DNA of 63,977 nt, counting the filler, from Octopus bimaculoides (lineage: Eukaryota), in NCBI RefSeq assembly GCF_001194135.2. It is 5 parts of 5 records of this genome, joined end to end, with 100 filler letters (N's around TTAATTAATTAA, not from the genome) between each part and the next. Parts side by side here need not be neighbours in the genome. Positions count along the whole stretch, not along the records: positions 22,985 to 51,926 come from NC_069004.1; 4 more parts are not named here. One strand, given 5' to 3'. Shown here one piece after another: positions 26,431 through 38,010 of the stretch; position 1 is the first letter of the stretch, and each line of letters opens with the position of its first letter. A program made the translations under genes and the position numbers. The notes beneath the pieces are model-generated. The model was given only the letters and a program-made list of their open reading frames with translations. It had not been told where the DNA came from and did not search any database.

Positions 26431-27604
26431 TTGCAGCCACTGTGACGTGTTTTACTGGTTCGTGATCATAACATCTGCATTTCTTGTTTATTAATTAATT
26501 TATTTGTTTATTTGTATAGCATGTAATGAATTCTATGATGCACCCTTCCACGTTTAGTTCAGCACGCAAGGCCACTTCTATTAAAGCCACGCACCCACCA
26601 ATGCTTTGTGAGTGTTGAGGCGGTGTATGATTTTAGTATATAAAGTTGAGAAATCTATTGATGGAAATTTTCAGTAAACCTGCAGAAGAATATAAAAATC
26701 GAATTTTAAAATGCACACTTACAGGATAAGCACTGAGGAATTGGAAACAAAACGCTCAGGAGATTTACCCCTGTGACAACTGAAGCATGTTAATTCAATA
26801 TGTGGCTTAAAGTTTCGGTTTTTTAGCTTTATTTACTAAGACAGGTTATTTGAAAGTTCAATGTTTGTTGGAGCGATTGAAATCACAGAACGCAATACGC
26901 GGTTTACCGTACAACAGACAATTGAAATTTAGTTAGGCGCAAACCTAGAACTTTGAATAGATGTGTTTGTCGAAGAAGTATTTACTATGGGAATGATTAT
27001 GTAACTACATTACGATAATAAAGCCTTTACTCATCCAAACTTCTAATAACCGGTTTTTCGAGTATTTTTTTTTCCATTGAATCGAAATTAAGTCAGCATT
27101 CCCTCTCTAGTGAATCTGTTGAATGAGTTTCCGGATTTCTCCTTCGTCGTCGTCGTTGTTGTTGTTGTTGGCACACCTGACTAACGGACAGGTATATAGC
27201 ACAAATTGGGTTTCAAGCTTGTAAATAATGGTTTGTTTATTCTGCAGTAAACCTCTCGCCTGGTTTGTTTTCTAAATTTCTAAATGTAATTGCTGACTTG
27301 CATCGTTGCTTCTGATTTTATGACAACGAACGCGGTATTTTCCAATGTTGTTTGTTTTAGTTATCAACTAGGTCGCATCCGTCGCTACGCTGCCGGTAAA
27401 AATATTTGTTAGTCATGAACGTACCTTCATAAATTGCTCATAAATTGCTAAAGTCTGTGTTGCGTTGTCTGTATGTTGAAAGACATACAGAACCACACAC
27501 ATACACACAATAATACACAAACGCACACCACACGCACACACGCACGCAGAAACAAATAAACGAGCAACCAAAGGATAACTATATGAATTATGTATACCTT
27601 TTTA

Positions 27605-27790
27605 CATGTTTCAGCCATTAGACAGCGGCCATACTAGGGCACCGTCATGAAGAACTTTTAGACGGGTAAGTCGACCACAGTTCTTTTTTAAAGCTTAGTA
27701 CTTATTCTATTTGTTAGTATGGTCGAACTGCTAGGTTACGCGGACGTATATACACTAACACCAGTTGTCAAGCGGTGGTGGGGATAAAAA
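27605..27790 (-). mobile_element. tRNA-derived SINE family B, 3' half
   Basis: Reverse-complement homolog of 31170-31355 and 45670-45800. Confidence 0.7.
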
Positions 27791-28836
27791 CAAATACAAA
27801 AACACCCAACACACACACACATGCACGCACGTCCCCCCCCCACATATTCACACACATATACACACACACATATATTAATGAATGAAATTCTAAATTAGTC
27901 TGATTTTCACGCTTTATCATTTGCAATTTTAACAATTTTACAATACTGAAATAAACTAGTACTTTCATGGATTACGCAATCACCAGGTTTATATAATGAC
28001 AATCGTGTTCCACAATTGACAACTGTGGCTAAATGCTTGGATTTATCCGTTAAATATCCCCCTATAGGCTCCAGCAGGCTGAATCTTACCAACTATATTT
28101 TGACCAACACTCCAAAATATAGCCAGACAATTATTCCTATAGGTGCGGTCAGAATAAAGAATCCTTAACGTGACCACCAAACCATGACGTCTAAGAAATA
28201 TACTGTTTATTCGAAATACAGTTTGAACTTAGATCGTGCGCTCACCAATTCGACACATGTAGATTGGTCAAAACACAGTTTCTATCTTCCTTATCATACC
28301 ATTGCTGTTGTAGTTTTCAATGAAATGAAATAAGTATAGAATGTTGAAGGTTAACAGGAATAAACAACAATGATGAGTATCTCATCTGCCTTTAGTTCTA
28401 TCCTCTGCTGCAGATGCAGAAGGCGATAGGGAGTATCAAGTAATTACAAGAAACTGCAATTGACTCAAATTAGTGTTGAGTGGTGACTTCGTAGACAGTC
28501 CGTTTGGTGTTGCCCCCCTTCACCAGATCAAACATTATTCAGACCAACCAATGTCATTAAATACACCGCTTGATAGGTTATTTAGGTCTGAAGTGGAGTC
28601 CTCTTCATACATACATACATACATACATGCGCACGTACATACATACATACAAGGGACGTGCCACTTGGGTAGGCAAGGTAAGCAGTGGCTACCCTGAATA
28701 AAATATATCGATAGTAATATTTTATTTTTATGGCAAAATATGCACCAAATTAATAAAATTGTGAAGGTTCCTATGATTACTATCCATGAGATACACTATA
28801 TTTTATATTTATGTAGATTAGGTAGGCATAATTCAC

Positions 28837-28907
28837 CGTACGCATGTGACTCGAACCCACACCTGTATATATTCGCGATAAGCGTGCTACCATTACACCA
28901 ACGTACC
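28837..28907 (-). pseudogene. tRNA-like 71-bp sequence (tRNA pseudogene or isolated SINE head)
   Basis: A box TGGTGTAATGG, B box GGTTCGAGTC, acceptor stem GTACGT/GCGTAC and D stem GTGT/GCAC are present. The anticodon and T stems are broken. Confidence 0.6.
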
Positions 28908-29804
28908 CACTCACAAGAAGGTATCCCCAAAATGCAAATCTAACCCGAATATCAAGTTTTAAGTGCAAGCTTTTCTAAACCTCCATGCAGCAGTAGTGTC
29001 TGAGTATTTATCCCAAAAATCATTCATTAAAACAGAAAACATTCTTTTTTTCGTGAAGAGCCGTACATTGGGATCGAACACGGAGCCGCGTTGATTTGCA
29101 AAGCAAAATCCTTAACCACACAGCAATGCTTGTACCTAATGCGATTCTACATGCTTATAATCATGGCTAAATTGTTCTGTAGATGCAGGAAGCGTTAGAA
29201 AATGGAATATAATAGAACGTAACAAGGTCACTGATATAGAACAGAAAGAATAGACAAAGCAGATTTAAGCCTCAGGTTACTTTGAAATTAAAATTAATTT
29301 ACACATTACGCTTAAAGATAGTTGATACAAGCTGATACACCAAGTTAATGTTATTAATATTCTTAATTATTGATGTTCTTAATTACATTAATATGTTAAT
29401 GCAAATATATGATTCCAAAAAATCAATTATTTAAAGATATTTGATATTGCCGATGCCATAGCAAAATAATTCATTAATTATTGTAAAAATTACTATTTTC
29501 GAATTAGATAAATTTGATTAAAAAAGAAATGTTTAATCTAAATCATTTTTCGACTATTAATACAAGAATACAACAATTCATCAATTGAAACCTAGCTTCT
29601 GGTTGTCTTTGAATTATGAATGATTTCCTCACCAAAAAAATTATTTAGATTAAATTGAATTTGAGTACATGTACATTTACACAACATAGAAGATGCGGAT
29701 GCGATCTACCCGAAACAAAGTACAGCTTTAGGTTTCCAATGTAAATGTCAACACGTGAATGATTACCCGACTAGAAATAGCAGCTAAAATCTCCCGTAGT
29801 TGAA

Positions 29805-29940
29805 GTATATAGGTGCCGGCGCCTCTGAGTAATGAAGCAGCTTGCTTCCGAACAACGTGGTCCTGGATTCAGCCCCACTGTGTGGTGAAACCTTGTGTAT
29901 TTGTCTATAGCCCCAAGCCGAGCAAAACACTATGAAACTG
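29805..29940 (+). mobile_element. SINE family B, tRNA-like head plus CORE-like segment
   Basis: AGCTTGCTTCCGAACAACGTGGTCCTGGATTCAGCCCCACTG..CTATAGCCCCAAGCCGAGCAAA; homologous to the reverse complement of 57805-57975. Confidence 0.75.
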
Positions 29941-29949
29941 TATGTATTT

Positions 29950-30960
29950 ATGTCATTATTCAGTTTATTTCTACTAGATTTCTTGCCAATAGAGAAAGAA
30001 CCGGTTTCTAAAATAGATCCAAGGCTCCTTCATTGTTATTTCCACATCAACAATAGGATTTTTTTTTGTTCGTATGTATGTATGTATGTATGTGCAGATT
30101 GGTATGTTTTATGTATGTATTTTCCTACATATAGTTACATATCTAGAATGCTCATATATACTTAAATGATAAACTTCTGGAAAGTTTTACAAATTTTTAC
30201 AGTTCCAGTGATGGATTGGATCTGTAGTTTTTGAATTAGCTTTCTCCTTTCTTGTTTTGAGAAACCTAATTTCTCAAGATTGATATTTAGACAGTGTGTT
30301 CCATATCCCAGGGCCTCAAAAATTACAGGTATAAACATGAACTTTTAATCTGGATAGAGTAACTGCAGATTTCTCAATAGTTCAGCATAGGTGTTCTCTT
30401 TTTCACTAATCTTCAGCTTTATCTTAGCATCCGCTGGGCAGCTAATTTCCACAACTGTGCACAGTTTCTCTTCTCTATCCCAAATCATTATATCAGGGCT
30501 GTTGTGCTTACATTTTATTGAGGTCTTCACTGGGACATTTCACCAGTATTTCTTTTTATTATGAGTGGCTATGGCTTCTGTCATACTGTGGGTTCTTATT
30601 TCTTTGTCCACAAGGTTATCCTTTTGATGGATTTCATTATAGAGTGCCCTAGCTACAACGTCATGTCTCATCAGTAGTTAATACCTTAATGACATTTTCA
30701 GACAACTGCTTATGATGTGGGTGATATCTTCAGTGTTAACTCTACAAAGTCTGCATTGGCTGTCATATTTTACGGCTTTCCCTGCATCTCCATCCCTTTT
30801 GTACATCAGGTACTTGGTAGATATTTCCTGTTCTTGGATTGCAAATGCATACCCATCAAAGTGGAAGATAGTAATCCAGTTATAGGTCAATGATAAACTG
30901 CTTTGATGATCGATGTTAATATAATCACAGAGCCTTCTACTAACATATCAATGCATAGTC
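29950..30960 (-). mobile_element. Second RLE-type LINE family, 3' part (CCHC finger plus PD-E endonuclease plus 3' UTR)
   Basis: AFAIQEQEISTKYL..CRLCRVNTEDITHIISSC..RHDVVAR..KHNSPDIMIWDREEKLCTVVEISCPAD..IQSITGTVKICKTFQKFII*. Confidence 0.85.
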
Positions 30961-31169
30961 TTCTGCTAATATAGGCTCATCCTTTCATCTGATGATATGT
31001 TTCAGTAGAGTCGTGCGACTTCTTTGGGCATGTATTCTAGGTTATCAGACAAAGGGTGTTGCTCAAGGAGGTGTATGAATGTATGTATGTACGTACGTGT
31101 GTTGTGTGTGCATGTGCGCTCGCTCGCGCGTGCGTGTGTGTGTGGGTGCGTGTCTTTCAGTTTGCGTTA

Positions 31170-31355
31170 TGTTTTTTCCCCGCACACCAGCTGAAAGCCA
31201 GTGCTGGTATGTTTACATCCCCGTAACAGCAGCTCGGCAAAAGAGACTGATAGAATAAGTAGCAGTTTCAAGTGTAAGTAATGGGATCGATTCTTTCGGC
31301 TAAACCCTTTCAAGGTGCTCCACCGTGACCGCAGTTTAATGACTGAAATAAGAAC
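31170..31355 (+). mobile_element. SINE family B, 3' half
   Basis: GCTGGTATGTTTACATCCCCGTAAC..GATAGAATAAGTA..GTGCTCCACCGTGACCGCAGTTTAATGACTGAAA. Confidence 0.72.
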
Positions 31356-32290
31356 AGGGCAAACATTATCTGCAGCAAATAGAGACGGGCTTGGGGTCAC
31401 GAACTTTGAAAGCATGTTAACGAAAAGGCAGCTTTTATAAATGGCTGATCAATCGATTGAAAAAATGACAACGAAATCTTCCTCTAATCACAGCCTGCAG
31501 ATAGATATTTCAAGCGAGGTTAAGCTACTGCCATGCCTGGCAAACGAGTGCCCACCACCGAAGAGATCCAGTAAGATCTAAATTACGTGACCTGGTGCTG
31601 TCGGAACTAGGGTGGCAGGTGTTCTCTCCCACTTGCAATTAATATCAAGTGCAAAAGTACCCTGAATAAACTAACTGGAGGAGGTGTTTTCCTGGCAGTA
31701 GCATCATCTCTTAGAGAACACCCACGTTAAAGTGGCGATAAACACGACCCTTTTGCTTTGTACACTGCTTCCATCTCAAACAAAGATTTTATAAAGGACT
31801 AGTTACAAAATTAATGATATATATATGTGTGTGTGTATATATATATATATANNNNNNNNNNNNNNNNNNNNNNNNNNNNNNNNNNNNNNNNNNNNNNNNN
31901 NNNNNNNNNNNNNNNNNNNNNNNNNNNNNNNNNNNNNNNNNNNNNNNNNNNNNNNNNNNNNNNNNNNNNNNNNNNNNNNNNNNNNNNNNNNNNNNNNNNN
32001 NNNNNNNNNNNNNNNNNNNNNNNNNNNNNNNNNNNNNNNNNNNNNNNNNNNNNNNNNNNNNNNNNNNNNNNNNNNNNNNNNNNNNNNNNNNNNNNNNNNN
32101 NNNNNNNNNNNNNNNNNNNNNNNNNNNNNNNNNNNNNNNNNNNNNNNNNNNNNNNNNNNNNNNNNNNNNNNNNNNNNNNNNNNNNNNNNNNNNNNNNNNN
32201 NNNNNNNNNNNNNNNNNNNNNNNNNNNATATATATATATATATATATATATATAAGTTGAAATAGTGAATTCAGGGTAAATAGAAATATT

Positions 32291-32365
32291 TTGAAATCAT
32301 TTAATACGTACGTTTCAAGCCAGGGTATCCACTACGTAAGACCTTCCTCAGTAAAAACATTTAAA
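32291..32365 (-). ncRNA. Type I hammerhead ribozyme motif with palindromic stem III (Penelope type)
   Basis: Minus strand: ..ttttta CTGAGGA aggtc..ggctt GAAA cgtacg T A ttaaat.. The core is intact, stem II has 5 bp, stem III is the palindrome ACGTACGT and the triplet is GUA. Stem I pairs at 9 of 14 positions. Confidence 0.78.
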
Positions 32366-35300
32366 AACAACGATTTGAGATATTTTGTTATATTTGTTAT
32401 ATTTCACTGGAGTCGAAAATTTTGGTACCACGCACAACTTCTTATGTCGAGCAACTTTAGAAGTGTATTTTTACGACTGTGGGCAATACTAGGAAATACG
32501 TCAGACATACAATGATTATGATTTAATTATTACCATGTTTGTTGGCTTATACAAAGTGATGAAATGAATACTAACTTTGGAGAGAAAAATATTTATTACC
32601 TTAAAATGAATTTGTATAAAACAAGTTTCTCATCTGTATATGTGCAATATATGTATCATTTTACAAAATCTTATCTTCATAATTGCAATATACTCCGTTG
32701 AGAGAACGTCTCTACGTAATTTCATTAAAAAAAAAAATGCGAAGTTTTCAGAATTTTACTCATTCTGAAACTCTTAAGTTAATTCTTCCTTCTGTCCTTC
32801 TTTTATTTTCTGTCATGTTTCAACGCTACTACACAGTGGTTGCGTGAGCTGCGAATCCTCGTCGCCACTGTTATGTCTCAAGCTACCGCTATCTAGCACC
32901 TTCGGATGATCTCTACTCAGCCGCTACACAACTGCTACTCGACTGCTACTCAACACACCTACCACGGTCAAACTACTTCTATTTATATGTCTTGAGAGTT
33001 CTTACTTCTTCGCCTGGGGGCGTCGACACAACATTTTCTCTACACAAATTACAACATGACGAGAGATAACCAGCCAACCAACCAACCAGCCAACCAGCCA
33101 ACCAACCAACCAACAAGCCAACTAATCAACAATTATATCANNNNNNNNNNNNNNNNNNNNNNNNNNNNNNNNNNNNNNNNNNNNNNNNNNNNNNNNNNNN
33201 NNNNNNNNNNNNNNNNNNNNNNNNNNNNNNNNNNNNNNNNNNNNNNNNNNNNNNNNNNNNNNNNNNNNNNNNNNNNNNNNNNNNNNNNNNNNNNNNNNNN
33301 NNNNNNNNNNNNNNNNNNNNNNNNNNNNNNNNNNNNNNNNNNNNNNNNNNNNNNNNNNNNNNNNNNNNNNNNNNNNNNNNNNNNNNNNNNNNNNNNNNNN
33401 NNNNNNNNNNNNNNNNNNNNNNNNNNNNNNNNNNNNNNNNNNNNNNNNNNNNNNNNNNNNNNNNNNNNNNNNNNNNNNNNNNNNNNNNNNNNNNNNNNNN
33501 NNNNNNNNNNNNNNNNNNNNNNNNNNNNNNNNNNNNNNNNNNNNNNNNNNNNNNNNNNNNNNNNNNNNNNNNNNNNNNNNNNNNNNNNNNNNNNNNNNNN
33601 NNNNNNNNNNNNNNNNNNNNNNNNNNNNNNNNNNNNNNNNNNNNNNNNNNNNNNNNNNNNNNNNNNNNNNNNNNNNNNNNNNNNNNNNNNNNNNNNNNNN
33701 NNNNNNNNNNNNNNNNNNNNNNNNNNNNNNNNNNNNNNNNNNNNNNNNNNNNNNNNNNNNNNNNNNNNNNNNNNNNNNNNNNNNNNNNNNNNNNNNNNNN
33801 NNATATATATATAAATAATTAACATAATAGAGTAAAAAATGTGATATTAATTAATATCAATTTAGTACCAGGAAACCAGCACATTAAAAGAATCAGAAGA
33901 TTCATAAAAAATTTTTCTGAGATCTCAAAATGATTATTGTATATGTGTATATAAAAGAGACCACTTAACAGTTCACTTAGTGGTCTCTTTTATATATATA
34001 TATATATATCTATATATACAAACATATAAAAATGCATGTAAGTATGTATGTAGTATATTCTTTCAACTGTGTCGTTATAAAAATTCCCCATTTAAAAAAC
34101 TATGTCGTCGGATCGTTAGTGTACGGTTTCAAATACCATCGAACATAACTGGGGCATTTTTGATCCTGGGTCTGTTGGCTAGAAGCCGAGGCAGGTTTAA
34201 ACAACTATACACCAGGAACCACCCACCTCGATCATTTTCAAATGTCAACCCGCGCGACTCATAGTGTGTCTAGTACTATTAATACTAATATTAATTCTAT
34301 TACTTCTACATCCACCACACCCACCACCATCATCACTACAACAATTATTACTACTACGAACAACAACATGCAGCATCACAACGGCTATTACTACTACTAC
34401 TATTACTAACACCACTACCATCCACTACTCCCGCCACCACCGTCTCAACTAAAACTACTACGACTACCACCGTCATCCACCACAACTAATACCACTACCA
34501 CCAGCACCACTAATAGTATTATCATAACCACGACAACCAATTCTACAGCCACCACCGCCACTACCACCACAACCACTGGTACTACATTGTTACTGATGTT
34601 ACTGCTGCTGATGCTGCTGTTGCTACGACAACAACAACTACTGTTGCTGTTATTACTACTACTACTACTCCGTTTATTGTCACCATACACGAAGGAAGTA
34701 TAATTTCTTCAACGCAAAATCGACAAGAAATTGAGGACTTCTTGCCATAGCGAAAAAGATAGCCAAGAAAAAAATTATCAGATAAAATAGAAAATTAGAT
34801 AAATAATAGAAATGAAATAAAAAAGAAATACATAAAAGATATGCATATACATAAGATATTTGTATATGCATATACAAAGATATTCATATATATATATATA
34901 TANNNNNNNNNNNNNNNNNNNNNNNNNNNNNNNNNNNNNNNNNNNNNNNNNNNNNNNNNNNNNNNNNNNNNNNNNNNNNNNNNNNNNNNNNNNNNNNNNN
35001 NNNNNNNNNNNNNNNNNNNNNNNNNNNNNNNNNNNNNNNNNNNNNNNNNNNNNNNNNNNNNNNNNNNNNNNNNNNNNNNNNNNNNNNNNNNNNNNNNNNN
35101 NNNNNNNNNNNNNNNNNNNNNNNNNNNNNNNNNNNNNNNNNNNNNNNNNNNNNNNNNNNNNNNNNNNNNNNNNNNNNNNNNNNNNNNNNNNNNNNNNNNN
35201 NNNNNNNNNNNNNNNNNNNNNNNNNNNNNNNNNNNNNNNNNNNNNNNNNNNNNNNNNNNNNNNNNNNNNNNNNNNNNNNNNNNNNNNNNNNNNNNNNNNN

Positions 35301-35804
35301 NNNNNNNNNNNNNNNNNNNNNNNNNNNNNNNNNNNNNNNNNNNNNNNNNNNNNNNNNNNNNNNNNNNNNNNNNNNNNNNNNNNNNNNNNNNNNNNNNNNN
35401 NNNNNNNNNNNNNNNNNNNNNNNNNNNNNNNNNNNNNNNNNNNNNNNNNNNNNNNNNNNNNNNNNNNNNNNNNNNNNNNNNNNNNNNNNNNNNNNNNNNN
35501 NNNNNNNNNNNNNNNNNNNNNNNNNNNNNNNNNNNNNNNNNNNNNNNNNNNNNNNNNNNNNNNNNNNNNNNNNNNNNNNNNNNNNNNNNNNNNNNNNNNN
35601 NNNNNNNNNNNNNNNNNNNNNNNNNNNNNNNNNNNNNNNNNNNNNNNNNNNNNNNNNNNNNNNNNNNNNNNNNNNNNNNNNNNNNNNNNNNNNNNNNNNN
35701 NNNNNNNNNNNNNNNNNNNNNNNNNNNNATATATATATATATATATCGAGAGAGATAGATAGATAGATAGATAGATAAATCGATAGATAGAGAGAGAGAT
35801 AAAG

Positions 35805-35835
<31 letters not shown>

Positions 35836-36193
35836 TATACACACTCACACACACACCCACATATATATTTGTATGTATGTGCATATATATGTGCATATTA
35901 TTTGGGGATGATATCTATTTAATATTATAATACTTGGAAATCGTATCTTAGCCGTTATTTATTTATTTTATTTTACTTACGTTTTGTTTTCTTCTGGGTT
36001 TTTTTTTGTACATATTAAGGGATATTGCAATGCATAGAACCACCATTTTGACTGCTTGAAAAAAAGAATACGCTGGAGGGTAAGAGAGGGGGAGAGAAAG
36101 AGGAAGAGAGAGATAAAGGGAGAGGAGAAGAAGAGAGAGAGAGGTAATAAGTGATGAGAGAACTCACTGACGTTAAGAGAGAGAATGTGTAAA

Positions 36194-36265
<72 letters not shown>

Positions 36266-36730
36266 CAACACAAGAAGAAATCACCTTCAGTCTAAAGAAG
36301 CGATGTGGTAAGCGGCTTCAAATGTTTAAACAATTTTTTTTTGTCTTTTTAATATAAGATAAAAACTGAAATTCGTGGTTTCTTTGATTCCAACGGGGGA
36401 GGAAAGGAAAAATACAATAATTGCCAAATACAGACTTTGAGTAAAGAACTGTGCCCTTTCTAAAACGTTCTGGTTTTGGTCCTATGAAGAAAGAAGAAAA
36501 AAAGAACCCTTATTAGTTGGGAAGGGAGTAGAGTGTCAGAACAGTGAGAGCGTCAGACCAAATGCCTTTGGGTAGTTGCTCCGGCTTTTTCTGTTTTAAG
36601 TTGAAATCCCGCCGAAGTGTTTCGGATTTCGTCCATCCGGAGGTTGATCATATTAAATACCAACTGGAAAATTTGTAATTGGCTGTTCCCTATACTCAAA
36701 GTTTTGACCTTGTGCCTATAGTAGAAAGGA

Positions 36731-36785
<55 letters not shown>

Positions 36786-36823
36786 GATGTTTATTATTAT
36801 TATTATTATTACCATTATTATCA

Positions 36824-36859
36824 TTCAGTAGTTTTATTTTTATAACGTGCTTTCACTTC
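36824..36859 (-). mobile_element. Extreme 3' tail of a Dong/R4-like LINE
   Basis: Reverse complement of GAAGTGAAAGCACGTTATAAAA(A)TAAAACTACTGAA, followed by (AAT)n. Confidence 0.8.
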
Positions 36860-36959
36860 TTTTGGTGTCGATAAAAAAGTATCAGTTCAGAATTGGAATC
36901 GATGTAATCAACTTACTCCCTCCCCCAAAATTTCAGGCCTTGTGCGTATAGTAGAAAGG

Positions 36960-37019
<60 letters not shown>

Positions 37020-37233
37020 GTTCAGTAGTTTTATTTTTATAACGTGCTTTCACTTCACTACCGAGCGCAGCTCTGTGCGCCTTGGGTATGTGCTGTGGTT
37101 TGCTGTGGTGCTCTTATGTTTCCTGTATTGAAAGTGTTTTGCGTATAATGTGTGCAGTACCCAGTAGTGCAATTTTCTGCATGTTATATATATTTGTAAG
37201 TCCTGGTGTTTTTGTTATGTATTTGTCTGAATA

Positions 37234-37236
<3 letters not shown>
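37020..37236 (-). mobile_element. Dong/R4-like LINE 3' end (ORF terminus plus 3' UTR) flanked by (ATT)n on both sides
   Basis: QKIALLGTAHIIRKTLSIQET*, then a UTR ending AAAACTACTGAAC(AAT)n. Confidence 0.9.
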
Positions 37237-37320
<84 letters not shown>

Positions 37321-37321
<1 letters not shown>

Positions 37322-37505
37322 GGCGGTGAGTTGGCAGAATCGTCAGCGCGCCGGGCGAAATGTGCGCTTAGCGGTATTTCGCCCATCGCTACGTTCTGAG
37401 TTCAAATTCCTTTCGAGATCGATTAAATAAGTACCAGTTACGCACTAGGTTCGATGTAATCGACTAAATCTCCTCCCCCAAGCTGCCCTTGTGGCGAAAA
37501 ATTTG
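37321..37505 (+). mobile_element. SINE family A
   Basis: GGCGGTGAGTTGGCAGAATCG head, GAGTTCAAATTCC B-box-like segment, GTACCAGTTACGCAC..GATGTAATCGAC. Confidence 0.9.
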
Positions 37506-37537
37506 AGATCATTATTATTATCATTATTCTTATTACC

Positions 37538-38010
37538 CAGTAGTTTTATTTTTATAACGTGCTTTCACTTCACTACCGAGCGCAGCTCTGTGTGCCTTGG
37601 GTATGTGCTGTGGTTTGCTGTGATGCTCTTATGATTACTGTANNNNNNNNNNTCTGTCGTGTCTGTGAATATATTCCTTGTTAGCCAGGACTGGGCAGCC
37701 AGAGATAATATGATTTATTGTTTCTTGTCCATCGCCACATATTCTGCAGTTACTTTTTATGCTTCTTTTCATTATATGTTTTTGATTATCTCTGGTGGGG
37801 AGGCTTTGGTCTTGTGCAGGAATTAGAAATCCTTCAGTCTGCTTTGAGTCCTGAGCTTCTCAACAATTGCTGGGATTTTTCTCTGTCTATTTCCTTTGAA
37901 TTTTACTTAGCCCAGTACTTGCCATGAAGGAGTTTTTCTTGCCATCGTTTCATCATGGTCCGTTGCTGTTCTAGTTTTAGTTTGGATTTCATTTGTTTTA
38001 TAGCTTTTGT
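37538..38010 (-). mobile_element. Dong/R4-like LINE relic: CCHC region plus 3' tail
   Basis: WQEKLLHGKY..AQDQSLPTR..CRICGDGQETINHIISGCPVLANKEYIHRHD; tail as at 37020. Confidence 0.88.

Noticed and set aside
26520-26607. 88-nt candidate exon (TTTGTATAG .. GTGAGT)
   Set aside because: The splice signals are plausible, but the peptide is unrecognisable and no partner exon can be supported.
30690-30740. Minus-strand CTGAAGA..GAAA match, with similar hits near 95, 18780 and 21570
   Set aside because: These lie in LINE coding sequence and lack stem I and/or stem III pairing.
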